Shown piece after piece: positions 38,693-48,469 of a stretch of DNA of 64,000 bases. Numbering within the stretch: the first letter of the stretch is position 1; the number at the start of each line of letters is the position of its first letter. Source of the stretch: a virus (taxonomy: Duplodnaviria > Caudoviricetes). The notes beneath the pieces are model-generated. The model was not told where the DNA came from, did not search any database, and worked only from the letters and a program-made list of their open reading frames with translations. The DNA lies in the IMG/VR virus record IMGVR_UViG_3300035208_002115, one strand, 5' to 3'. Made by a program: the position numbers and the translations under genes.

Positions 38693-39097
38693 ATGAAAAC
38701 TTTTTCTCAATACTATAATTTAAATGAAAATCTTGATGACCAATTAAAAGATAAATTATCTGAAAAATATTTATCATTAAAAAGAGGTGTATTATTATTA
38801 ATAGATGGTTCTTTGGATGAAAATCAGAAAAAAGAATTGGTTAACGTTCAAAATTATTTATCTGATATCGAAAAAAATGGCCTTGATAATGTAAAAATAA
38901 CTGGTTTGATTGAAGATGCAGATGTCCAGAATTTTTATTTAAAATATAAAAATGATATAGATACACTTTTAAAAGATAAAGGGTATTTTACAGATAAGAT
39001 AGCACCCAATGTTTATAGCTTATACGATATGATGTTAAACGGAACAAAAAAGGCTGTACAGTATGTTGTAGAAATATTAAATAATGAATTATTCTAA
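38693..39097 (+). CDS. Hypothetical protein with CTS-like N-terminus
   Basis: MKTFSQYYNLNE. Confidence 0.75.
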   Translation: MKTFSQYYNLNENLDDQLKDKLSEKYLSLKRGVLLLIDGSLDENQKKELVNVQNYLSDIEKNGLDNVKITGLIEDADVQNFYLKYKNDIDTLLKDKGYFTDKIAPNVYSLYDMMLNGTKKAVQYVVEILNNELF

Positions 39098-39678
39098 TGA
39101 AATATTTGAAACATTTTAAATTATTTGAAAATCATTTATATATGTTAAAATCTGGTTTAATTCGAGTTAAAAGATATTGTAAACCAGACACTATAAATAC
39201 AAATGAACTGAGAGGTGGTACGTGGTATTCATATATTAATGATGAACGTGCCGATAGATATAACCAGACTGATTCTAAAATAGGTGGTACAACACTTATC
39301 ACTGGTGAAATTGAATATCAGAAACCATTCGTTTTAACAAACACAAATTCTAATAACGTTTTATTTGATTTTCAATTATTTACTTTTATTGATATATTCA
39401 CAGAAGAAGATAAAGAATTTTTACTGAATATATCTTTTGAAAAAAATAAAATTAAGTTCATAAAAGAGAGTCTGAAATATGGGGTTATAGATAAAAAACA
39501 GTCTGAAATTATAAAAAAATTATCAGATTTTAATTCTTTAAATGTAATTGTTGATAACCTATTAGCTAAACGATTAAAAGAAAATAATAGAGATGTTTTT
39601 ATTCGTTTAGACCAAGATAACTATATATTCGAAGTATTTGATATAAATAATTTATTCCAACAGAAAACTATTTCTTAA
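39097..39678 (+). CDS. Hypothetical protein with CTS-like N-terminus
   Basis: MKYLKHFKLFE. Confidence 0.75.
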   Translation: MKYLKHFKLFENHLYMLKSGLIRVKRYCKPDTINTNELRGGTWYSYINDERADRYNQTDSKIGGTTLITGEIEYQKPFVLTNTNSNNVLFDFQLFTFIDIFTEEDKEFLLNISFEKNKIKFIKESLKYGVIDKKQSEIIKKLSDFNSLNVIVDNLLAKRLKENNRDVFIRLDQDNYIFEVFDINNLFQQKTIS

Positions 39679-39730
39679 ATTGTTCATATAAGATATAATT
39701 CATATTTTTGTTTATATTTTATAACCTCTT

Positions 39731-40504
39731 ATGTTTAATAAAGAAAAGATTAAAGAAGAATTAGATAATTATTTGGAATTCGATTCTTCTTTACTGTTCA
39801 AGGATACTGATTATTTGGTTATATTCGGTGGTAGTTTGAGAGATATTATATCAAAAAACACAATTAATGATATAGATATAATGTGTTTATCTCATTCTAT
39901 GCAAACTGCTATTGAGGTAATAACCGAACATGGATATTTTTTTATTGATTTATATACCAAGGATATTTTAAATATGTATGATGACTTACATGTTATATTC
40001 GAACCCAAAACATATATTAATTCTAAAGGTAAAAAAATACAATTCATCAGGCCAGCAAAAAATGATATTATATCGAGAAATATAATAGCTAATGATTTTG
40101 AATATATGGTTTTTTCTTTTATTAGTTTATTACAAAATGTGGATTTAAGCTGCTGTGGTATATTTTGGGATGGTGAAGAATTATATGAATCATACGTTGG
40201 TAGTGTTAGACAATGTGAAGAAAGAAAATTTATTGAACTTCCACATAATTCTATGTATAATCGTCATAGAATAGAAGATAGGAAAAGAAAAATGTTATAT
40301 GATAAAACATTCGATGAAATAGTAGAACGTGATTTATCTGATATTAAACGAGTAAGACTTTTAAAATTAAATGAAATACTTACTGAAGAAAAAAATATAG
40401 AGGAATATAAGATAAAAATTTCATACAATCAGAAAACTGAAAATGAAATTTTAGGTTATTTTGATAATAATTCTAAAATTGATATGGATGATTTACCTTT
40501 TTAG
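39731..40504 (+). CDS. Nucleotidyltransferase (CCA/poly(A) polymerase head-like)
   Basis: IFGGSLRDI...DIDI; NVDLSC; ends DDLPF. Confidence 0.8.
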   Translation: MFNKEKIKEELDNYLEFDSSLLFKDTDYLVIFGGSLRDIISKNTINDIDIMCLSHSMQTAIEVITEHGYFFIDLYTKDILNMYDDLHVIFEPKTYINSKGKKIQFIRPAKNDIISRNIIANDFEYMVFSFISLLQNVDLSCCGIFWDGEELYESYVGSVRQCEERKFIELPHNSMYNRHRIEDRKRKMLYDKTFDEIVERDLSDIKRVRLLKLNEILTEEKNIEEYKIKISYNQKTENEILGYFDNNSKIDMDDLPF

Positions 40505-42237
40505 ACTAAATTCATCCACGAAGAATCCGATTTACTAACAATAGCAAACTGGTCATTCTTTCTAATTGAGTTATAATTCCAAGGTTGATATTCCCAGTGC
40601 CATGTTTCAGATTTTACGGTTCGGATAAACCCATATTTTATTGCGTTTTTAACTAACCATTTATACGATTTATTTTTACCAACATTTGTTTGAAAATCGA
40701 AAGCAGTTCCATAGTGGTGCAGAGATTGTCCCGGACGACCAGTGTATGGTGTATAGTTTGTTGAACTATTTGTTTCTAATTCTTTGGTTGTGAAGTCTTT
40801 CTTTTTATTTTGAACTCTTAAATCAAATTGTTCACCCCAGAAACGGAAAGCATCAACAAGAACCAAATTAATTCCATCCTTTTTAGCTGCATCGAACATC
40901 CTTTTCAATGGTTCAAAATATTTTTTAATAACCTTTTGATTTTGAAATTGAACATATTCTTCTTTAGCTACAATTTTCCCTTTTAAATAAACATCAACTT
41001 TTTCATAAATGGGTTTACCGCTTTTGTCTTTTAAAACGTTACCATTTTTATCTTTCATTGGTACACCTGCTGGAACATTAACTTTCTTTGTTGAAATACT
41101 TTCATTAGTAACAGTATTTGATGTTATATAAGTTCCATAGTTTTCATCAACAACAACAACATCTTCGTTGTATGTATTTGTGGTTGAATCCGTAGTATTT
41201 TTAGAATATATTTCGTCTTCGTCTTCTGACCCAACATAATCATATTTTTCTTCATTCTGTAAATCGCCATATGAGGATGATACCAATTCACCATCTTCGT
41301 CTATTATGTAAACAATATTGGTTGGCGCATCAGAATTATTTTCATGAAAATCAACCTCATCTACTTTAGCTACTTTGGACGGTTTAGCATTGTCTAAATC
41401 ACTTTGGTCTGATTCAGTTTTTTCTTTTATGTTTTCTTTAATATCCTCACTTAATAATTCAGAATTAACTGTGGTTTTTTGTGCTGGTACAAAGGGGTCT
41501 TGGTCATTTGATTTCAAATCTTTATCATTTTCATCTGCATTAGTTTCGATATCTCTTTGAACTTTTTCGATTTTATTATTATCAGGTAATTTAACATGCT
41601 TTGAAAGAAATGTATTCTTTATTGTTTGATATTCTGTCATTAAAGCATCTAAATCTGGTCTTAAAATCGGTGCGCCCAAGTTCCCAGTTAAAGTTGTCGG
41701 AATAATAAGTTTATTTACGAGTTTATCAAACCATTTAAAGAAATTAGTACCAAGAACTGCATCTTGATTAGCATCACTCGAACCCAAATTTAAAACTTGT
41801 GAATTATCTTTTAATCTAAATGAAATGTTTTCTTCATCAATGTGAATCTGATTGTATAAATAATCAATTCGTAACCCATTATTATCAATAAACATTTGAG
41901 TTTTATGGTCAAATAATATAGCAATAAAATTACCATAGTCTTCTTCACTTAAATTTTCTAATTTTTTTTGTAAATTGATATTATAGTGTTCAGTATAAAT
42001 GTAGGTGGGTGAATAAATATAACCGTTTTCAAATATAACATTAACAAGTTTACCCAGTTGTGGCACATGAAAATTTTTACCTCCAAGACCTCTGTATGGT
42101 GTTGCCCAAGGTATATGTGTAGTATCTATTTCTTCAAAAATAGATGCGACTTTAATTCTGATACGACCCAATCTACGAGGGTCTTTAATATCAACTACTA
42201 TACCCGAATATACCTTACCTGAATAAAAACTATCCAT
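40501..42237 (-). CDS. Baseplate hub/needle protein (gp5-like OB fold) fused to M15 (VanY-like) peptidase
   Basis: GIVVDIKDPRRLGRIRIKV...IPWA...VP.LG..V.V.F; DAFR..EQ, PGQSLHHYGTAFD, ETWHWEY. Confidence 0.88.
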   Translation of the reverse strand: MDSFYSGKVYSGIVVDIKDPRRLGRIRIKVASIFEEIDTTHIPWATPYRGLGGKNFHVPQLGKLVNVIFENGYIYSPTYIYTEHYNINLQKKLENLSEEDYGNFIAILFDHKTQMFIDNNGLRIDYLYNQIHIDEENISFRLKDNSQVLNLGSSDANQDAVLGTNFFKWFDKLVNKLIIPTTLTGNLGAPILRPDLDALMTEYQTIKNTFLSKHVKLPDNNKIEKVQRDIETNADENDKDLKSNDQDPFVPAQKTTVNSELLSEDIKENIKEKTESDQSDLDNAKPSKVAKVDEVDFHENNSDAPTNIVYIIDEDGELVSSSYGDLQNEEKYDYVGSEDEDEIYSKNTTDSTTNTYNEDVVVVDENYGTYITSNTVTNESISTKKVNVPAGVPMKDKNGNVLKDKSGKPIYEKVDVYLKGKIVAKEEYVQFQNQKVIKKYFEPLKRMFDAAKKDGINLVLVDAFRFWGEQFDLRVQNKKKDFTTKELETNSSTNYTPYTGRPGQSLHHYGTAFDFQTNVGKNKSYKWLVKNAIKYGFIRTVKSETWHWEYQPWNYNSIRKNDQFAIVSKSDSSWMNLV

Positions 42238-42242
42238 TAAAA

Positions 42243-43832
42243 TTAGAATCCTATTTTTTTGTCAAATCCAAAAACAGCATCATTTAAACTCAACTTACCA
42301 TCGTTTATAACACCTCTTGAATAATTATTTAAATCGTTTGTTATATCATTTCTAAGACTTGCACCTAAAGCATTGGCATTAAAGCTAACTTTACCATCTT
42401 TAAAAGATATTACCTGTTCTTCTGCCAAACGTCTTGCTTTAACATCATCTTCATTATAAACATTTCCACCATCGGGAACTTTTTTTATAAGAGTTTTTTG
42501 TTCAATTTGAGTTAAAAATCTGTTAATTAAATCATTACGTATTTCTTTAACTTTTCTAATAACTGTATTTGTAACGGTATTAACTAAAAGATTTAAACTT
42601 TTTTCTATGTAATTAGGTTTATTTAATAAGGATGCAGCAGCATATTTCTTCTCAACTTCTGGTGGATTATATTTGAATAAATTCTGCATATTGTAATCTG
42701 CTAAATCCTGACCACTTTTCTGATTTTGAAAATATTGACTATTATTTTTATTATCTTTTTCATACAAAACCCTATCTTTATTATGCATTGATAGTGTATT
42801 TGGTCTTAATTTTGGTTCTATACGTTTAGAAACAGATTTAAAAATAATATCAAAACTTAATGAGGATAAAACTGGCATAGTGGCATTGAACCCAGCAACT
42901 GTTATATCATTGGGTACATTTTTACTATTAAAAAAATTTAAATTACAATCATGTAAAACATAAACCATAACTGATTGATTATCTTGGAGAATATATGGGT
43001 TGTTAGATTTACTTATACCTTCTCCTTTATTATAATTAGGATTTAGCGTTTTAAATTTTCGGATATCATTAATTTTAATATGCATATCGAATCGAAGTAA
43101 ATGTTCAGGAATCATATATCTATTATTTCTATAACAATAAATCAAATTATTATATAATTCACTTAAATATTGAACACGCATCGAAACATCTTCTGATAAT
43201 GTGATAACTATTTTATCTTCTGGATACTTTATTATTTTTTTAACAAGATTGTCCATACCACTAATAGATGAAATATAAAAATTTTTTCTACTATATGGGG
43301 TCTTTTGTTCGACTGATAGTGGATTGAATAATTTAAAAAATTCACTTCTGAATTCATTGAATAAATCAATCCTTTTAGCAATATCTGATATGTCTTGGTA
43401 TAGAGTTAAAAATCTCATAACTTTATTTTCATTACCATAATAAAAAGGTGAGGATGCATCAGTATCATCAAAATATAATTCAAAACCGAGTAGGGTTGGG
43501 TCTTCATGTTCATATTCAGATTTTTCCAATCCATATTTAAAACTATCCATATCATAATCGGATTGTTGTTGATTTCTTATATAATCATAAGTCTCACCTA
43601 TTTCTCTAATTGGGATTTCTAAACCTACTGATGTACGTTTTTCTTCGAGTATATTTAATTCTTCATAACCTGCTATATAACCAGTATTAAGTTCACGTTT
43701 CGGGCCATGTCTATTATCCGAAACCTTACTATCAGCAGAGTTTAATAAGTTCCCCGTAGTAGATTTTAAAAGTGATTCCGCATTCTTTGTAGCAGAATTC
43801 TTTTTTAGACCAGAAACACTAATTAATGTCAT
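42243..43832 (-). CDS. Baseplate/tail-tube-like structural protein
   Basis: In the baseplate operon; EDPT..GF, PE.LLRFDM.I. Confidence 0.5.
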   Translation of the reverse strand: MTLISVSGLKKNSATKNAESLLKSTTGNLLNSADSKVSDNRHGPKRELNTGYIAGYEELNILEEKRTSVGLEIPIREIGETYDYIRNQQQSDYDMDSFKYGLEKSEYEHEDPTLLGFELYFDDTDASSPFYYGNENKVMRFLTLYQDISDIAKRIDLFNEFRSEFFKLFNPLSVEQKTPYSRKNFYISSISGMDNLVKKIIKYPEDKIVITLSEDVSMRVQYLSELYNNLIYCYRNNRYMIPEHLLRFDMHIKINDIRKFKTLNPNYNKGEGISKSNNPYILQDNQSVMVYVLHDCNLNFFNSKNVPNDITVAGFNATMPVLSSLSFDIIFKSVSKRIEPKLRPNTLSMHNKDRVLYEKDNKNNSQYFQNQKSGQDLADYNMQNLFKYNPPEVEKKYAAASLLNKPNYIEKSLNLLVNTVTNTVIRKVKEIRNDLINRFLTQIEQKTLIKKVPDGGNVYNEDDVKARRLAEEQVISFKDGKVSFNANALGASLRNDITNDLNNYSRGVINDGKLSLNDAVFGFDKKIGF

Positions 43833-43836
43833 CTTA

Positions 43837-45228
43837 TTATTTTAATTTTAATTTACTATCACCAAGTTCTCTACGAACTAAGTTTATTTCTTGTTGCCAT
43901 CCACCATCAATACTAAATGTATAATTGATACCCGAAATCATCCAATTACCAGATAATCTTTTATTTAATTTATCTTCATATATATTTTTATTTGCCAGCG
44001 CACTTCTGTTCTCAGGTGGTGTGGTTCTTGTTTTACTATCCAATTCTTGCATTTTATATAATTTCACTTTAATCATTTGAAATCTATATAAATTAAAATT
44101 AGGCGTAGTAAGTATCACTTTCATTTTAATCTTTTGAAAATATTTCATATTTCTTTCATTCTGAATTAAAGAATAGTAGAAATTTTTATGCATGTTATCA
44201 ATATCAACTTTCCCAAGAAAATCACCATTCCAGTTAGTATTATATAAAGAATCTGAATTATTTCCTTTTTCATTATTTGCTTTTAAAACAATATCACCAT
44301 TATCACCACTACTCGAAATAGTATCTAATAATAATCCAGATAAATTTTTTTCTATTGTATTATAATATTTTATAAAATAATTGTAACCGATTTCTAAATT
44401 TGTTTTTGTAGATGAATTTACAATATTATATTTTGATATAAATAAAGATGAACCGTATGAATCTGGGTGATTTGTCAGAAATAACGGTGTTGTATTTTCA
44501 GCATTGTCTAAAAGATATTTATTTGAATTTACACCTTCTAATCCTTCGGTTGTGTCATTGAATTGTGTTTCTATGTCTACGTATGTTAGATTATAATAAA
44601 AATCAACATATGACCAAAGAAAAGATTCATCATCTTTATAAGATGACATTGTTACCATTTTTATAAAATCTAAATTTATATCGGCTGGGTTTATCCAAAT
44701 CATCTTATCATCAGTGCTTTGTATATTTGTTGCAAAACCTAAACCTGTCATATTAGCCAACTCTTTTAATACATTAAAAGATGTATCTTGTTTACTCCAA
44801 TATGGTGAATTGTATAATCCATTTACATTCAATATTCCTTCTAATGAATAAATAGTTTCTTCATTGTTTACATCATTTTTTACTGGATTAAATTCAGTCA
44901 CTTTAAAATCCATTCTGACAGGCATTAAATTTTCCGATGGTGATTTTATAAAAATTGAAATTGTTGTGTCATCCAAGGGAAATAATTCATCTATCATTTT
45001 ATTACTTAAATCCTTAAATTTCATCTCCAATTTTGGTAGAAACTGGTCATTCTTTAGAACAAAATTTACAAAATAACGATATTCCAATATTAAACCATTT
45101 ATAATAACAAATGGATACAATCCAATTCTTGAAACAAAATCGTTTGCGTTTCCGTCTTGAACATCATCATTATATTTGATGTCTATTTTTTGTAATTCAA
45201 TTGATGGTCTTATTAATCTTGTTATCAT
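43837..45228 (-). CDS. Baseplate hub protein (T4 gp27/GPD-like)
   Basis: LSGNWMISGINY...QEINLVRRE C-terminus; position next to gp5. Confidence 0.65.
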   Translation of the reverse strand: MITRLIRPSIELQKIDIKYNDDVQDGNANDFVSRIGLYPFVIINGLILEYRYFVNFVLKNDQFLPKLEMKFKDLSNKMIDELFPLDDTTISIFIKSPSENLMPVRMDFKVTEFNPVKNDVNNEETIYSLEGILNVNGLYNSPYWSKQDTSFNVLKELANMTGLGFATNIQSTDDKMIWINPADINLDFIKMVTMSSYKDDESFLWSYVDFYYNLTYVDIETQFNDTTEGLEGVNSNKYLLDNAENTTPLFLTNHPDSYGSSLFISKYNIVNSSTKTNLEIGYNYFIKYYNTIEKNLSGLLLDTISSSGDNGDIVLKANNEKGNNSDSLYNTNWNGDFLGKVDIDNMHKNFYYSLIQNERNMKYFQKIKMKVILTTPNFNLYRFQMIKVKLYKMQELDSKTRTTPPENRSALANKNIYEDKLNKRLSGNWMISGINYTFSIDGGWQQEINLVRRELGDSKLKLK

Positions 45229-45229
45229 A

Positions 45230-45706
45230 TTATGGTATTATGTTCATTATTGAAATTGTTTTGTTGTCTTTATTCCATTCTACTTGTTTAGCATTTTTAT
45301 CTTTAACAACAACTGGTACAGTTGCATTTTTCCTATTAGAATCTTTTCTTGTGTTTTTAGGGTTATTGATATTTATTGATGCTTCAGTTTCATTTTCAAT
45401 TGGTAAATGTGTTACTTCTATATCACCAAGTTCAGGATATAAAATTTCATCCTTTTCATTTATCGAATATGGATTTATAATATTATTAATTTTCATTAAT
45501 TCATCGACATATTCATTCGAACCATATAAATCAAATGATACTCTATCTAATCTGCCAACATTTTCTGGTGGAACTAAATACATATATAATTTCATATTAT
45601 TGATATCTTTATCCGTTACAGTGCTTCTAAATAAATCAAAAGGCGCACCTTTTACATTATTTTCTCTTTTTAATTTACAATTTTCGGTGAATGAATATAT
45701 TTTCAT
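45230..45706 (-). CDS. Baseplate wedge protein (gp53/LysM-like)
   Basis: RLDRVSFDLYGS...ELMKINNIINP.SI. Confidence 0.75.
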   Translation of the reverse strand: MKIYSFTENCKLKRENNVKGAPFDLFRSTVTDKDINNMKLYMYLVPPENVGRLDRVSFDLYGSNEYVDELMKINNIINPYSINEKDEILYPELGDIEVTHLPIENETEASININNPKNTRKDSNRKNATVPVVVKDKNAKQVEWNKDNKTISIMNIIP

Positions 45707-45721
45707 TTTATAATTTTATTT

Positions 45722-47404
45722 TTATAAAGTTGGTGGTGTTGTTTGGTCTTTTGGTTTTGTTTTATCGTCTGAACTCGCATCACTACGGGGTTTATTATAA
45801 ATTCTTCTATAACCATTGTTAAAAATCCTTTCAATTTCTTGCGCTCCCAAATTTCTCCCAAATCGCAGACTAATGTTAGCGTTAATGAAAATAGGCATAT
45901 CATTGAAACCGAGTTCACCTTTAGCTGATAAATCGATTTTTTCAACTATCATATTACCTGCTGATATAATAGGTGACCAAGGATTACCGATAGTTATATG
46001 CCAAGGTGCTGTTGGTTGTCCAGTCATTGCACCAATAGAACCTCTAATCGGCCATCTATGTTTAGCAAAAGTAGAAGCCAAAATAGATTTTAATAATTTA
46101 CCAGCAGTGCCATTTTCGTCTAATAAACCTGATAATACGCCTGTGTTCGCCTCTACTGCACCAGCAAAACCAACGGTTTCATTTTTTTCAGATTCACTTT
46201 TTTTTGCATCTTCTATTCCTTGTTTTTCTTGAATAGATGATTCTAATGATTTTTTTTCTTCTTTTAATCTTTTGTATTCTGCTTTATCATCACCAAATAA
46301 ACCTTTACTACCCTTTGTTTCTATGGCTTTCATTCTACCGTTAACTATTTTTAAACGTGATTCTTCTGCCATTTCCTCTTTTGGTTGTTCTTGAAATTGT
46401 TTATTAACATCTTCTGGAGTTGAACCAAACATATCGGAAAACGTTTCTACGGTTGCATCTATAAAGGCTTGAACAATTTCTCTTACAACTTCAGTCCAAG
46501 CATCAACACTATTACCTTTGTCATTAACAGCAACTGTTAATTTTTGAAGAATAGGTGAATTAGCACTGAAAATATATCTTGTGTTTGATGTACCCATACT
46601 TAAAAGATTTCTTATTGTATCTAACATAGCTGTGGCTGGGTCAAATTCACCTATTAATTTTTGTTCATAAACAGTTTCGAATGAAAGTTTTGTTGATGAT
46701 TTTAAACCTTGTTTAGTGTAATCCCTATATGCACCTTCTCTTAAAAGATTTGGGTCTCCAAATGGAATGTCATAAGCATTTGAGTCATCAGTTAAACCCA
46801 TTTTCTTTAAAAAACCAAATAATAAACCCTGAGTCCAACCAGCCGATGGTATTACTTTTTCTGCTCCACCAACTTTAAATTCATTTTTTAAAATATCAGC
46901 AATTATTTCATGTAAATATTTTTCCTGAGTGTCCCATTCTTCATTGAATGATAAATTAAATAAATCAGAATCCTCTGTTATCCAACCTATAACAACTGAT
47001 AGGGGTGCTGTTGCTATCTGATTTAAATCATCTGTAACAATAGCACCTTCTGGAAATCTTCTAAGAATTATTAATCTATTTAAAGGATAAACACCCATAT
47101 CTCTAAGATAAGAAAAATCACTTGGTCTTAAAGTTTTTGAACCTTTTTGAAATTCAGGGTCTTTCAATAATTGTATATAGGGGTTTGTATCAGTAGAATC
47201 GTTATCATATATTTTTTCTTTAATATAATTTCTGATAGCACCATTTTGTCCTTTAAAAAAATTTTTATCTTTATAAACAACATATTGTTTTTCAGGAACA
47301 ATTCTTTCTTTTAATGTTTGGATATTCGACAAAGGAATACCATTAGTTCTTTGGGTATCAACTTTCAAATCCTTACTGAATAAAAAACTCATTTCATTAT
47401 ACAT
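45722..47404 (-). CDS. Baseplate/tail-tube junction-like protein
   Basis: First gene of the baseplate operon; PWHITIGNP..PI...GNM...ELGFNDMP. Confidence 0.5.
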   Translation of the reverse strand: MYNEMSFLFSKDLKVDTQRTNGIPLSNIQTLKERIVPEKQYVVYKDKNFFKGQNGAIRNYIKEKIYDNDSTDTNPYIQLLKDPEFQKGSKTLRPSDFSYLRDMGVYPLNRLIILRRFPEGAIVTDDLNQIATAPLSVVIGWITEDSDLFNLSFNEEWDTQEKYLHEIIADILKNEFKVGGAEKVIPSAGWTQGLLFGFLKKMGLTDDSNAYDIPFGDPNLLREGAYRDYTKQGLKSSTKLSFETVYEQKLIGEFDPATAMLDTIRNLLSMGTSNTRYIFSANSPILQKLTVAVNDKGNSVDAWTEVVREIVQAFIDATVETFSDMFGSTPEDVNKQFQEQPKEEMAEESRLKIVNGRMKAIETKGSKGLFGDDKAEYKRLKEEKKSLESSIQEKQGIEDAKKSESEKNETVGFAGAVEANTGVLSGLLDENGTAGKLLKSILASTFAKHRWPIRGSIGAMTGQPTAPWHITIGNPWSPIISAGNMIVEKIDLSAKGELGFNDMPIFINANISLRFGRNLGAQEIERIFNNGYRRIYNKPRSDASSDDKTKPKDQTTPPTL

Positions 47405-47437
47405 GTAGTAAATAATAATTTTTATTAGAATAATCGT

Positions 47438-47454
47438 TATATTTGTATATATTA
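47438..47454. promoter_or_regulatory. Back-to-back promoters: TATATTTG (+, host-type) and TAATATATA (-, late-type)
   Basis: Both motifs adjacent in a divergent intergenic region. Confidence 0.55.
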
Positions 47455-47479
47455 AAAAATAAAGTATAAAAGAATAAAA

Positions 47480-47815
47480 ATGTTGAATATGTCAGATAAT
47501 TTACTACTTGGAGAGTTATTAGAACGAGGTAAAAATTTTGAAGTATACAAATATTGTAAAGAACACGATATTGAATGCTCGTGGGATTTTTCTAAAGCTG
47601 ACAATACATCGTGGACTGATATTTATATTGATAATAAACTTGTGATGCAATTTCAAAATACAACCACAGTTAATCAATTTATTGAAGTTGTTAAACGAAT
47701 GAAAAAAGATTACAATGATAAATGTATTGATATTGAAGGTGAAGATTTCTGGTTCGTAGTCGAAAGGAAAAAGTATTTTGATAAGTTTTTAGAAGAACAT
47801 AATCATCTTTTTTAA
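47480..47815 (+). CDS. Hypothetical protein
   Basis: ORF after host-type promoter. Confidence 0.7.
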   Translation: MLNMSDNLLLGELLERGKNFEVYKYCKEHDIECSWDFSKADNTSWTDIYIDNKLVMQFQNTTTVNQFIEVVKRMKKDYNDKCIDIEGEDFWFVVERKKYFDKFLEEHNHLF

Positions 47816-48210
47816 TAATCTTTTATAATCTGGGATGTATTAAATTTATCAATATTTTCTATTATTGAATTATTTATATGATTATCATTTTTGAATTCAT
47901 CATGAAAAAATAAAACATTATATTTTATTTCTGAATTTCTTATCGTATTTGATACCTTGAATATTTCTTTAATATCTATGTTTTCTTTTTCAAAATTGGG
48001 AATATAATATACATCTTTCCCTTTTTTGAAAGCATGTATTATTTTTGTGTAAATAATCACATCAAAATATTCTTTAAAATCCTCATATTCAATATCTTCT
48101 TGTTCTAATTGGTCTTTTATATCAATGATGACTTTATTTCTTATTCTATTTACTTTTATATACTTATCGAACTTTTTTCGGGTTTTACAAAATACTATAT
48201 AAAAATTCAT
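47812..48210 (-). CDS. Hypothetical protein
   Basis: ORF track. Confidence 0.7.
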   Translation of the reverse strand: MNFYIVFCKTRKKFDKYIKVNRIRNKVIIDIKDQLEQEDIEYEDFKEYFDVIIYTKIIHAFKKGKDVYYIPNFEKENIDIKEIFKVSNTIRNSEIKYNVLFFHDEFKNDNHINNSIIENIDKFNTSQIIKDY

Positions 48211-48371
48211 ATTTTAAACTATTCTAATTTTAAAGTATATATAACTTATAATTGGGTCTATGAAATAAATTTTCGAATTATTTTGTAACTCCTTGATATT
48301 TTATAAAAAATAATTTTCCGATTTATATATAATAACCGCACTTCAAAATTTTAAATAATTTAATTTTTTGA

Positions 48372-48399
48372 AAACTTTTTAGTTTTTTAATCCTACAAG
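48372..48399 (+). promoter_or_regulatory. Putative 'middle' promoter AAAC-N18-TACAAG upstream of uvsX
   Basis: Recurring spaced motif. Confidence 0.5.
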
Positions 48400-48469
48400 A
48401 TTAAAAAGCATTAAACGGCAATTATTCGCTTTAATAGCTTTTATAGCATAAAAAACAATTTAAATTAAA

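Noticed and set aside
45230-45706. MKIYSFTE as a capsid-targeting peptide
   Set aside because: The protein is a baseplate gp53/LysM-like component; the resemblance is likely coincidental and shows the motif's false-positive risk
45201-46232. Antisense ORFs 45201..45713 and 45816..46232 (and similar shadows such as 60957..61499, 16647..16955, 52729..52971)
   Set aside because: They lie opposite well-supported genes and have shadow-like composition
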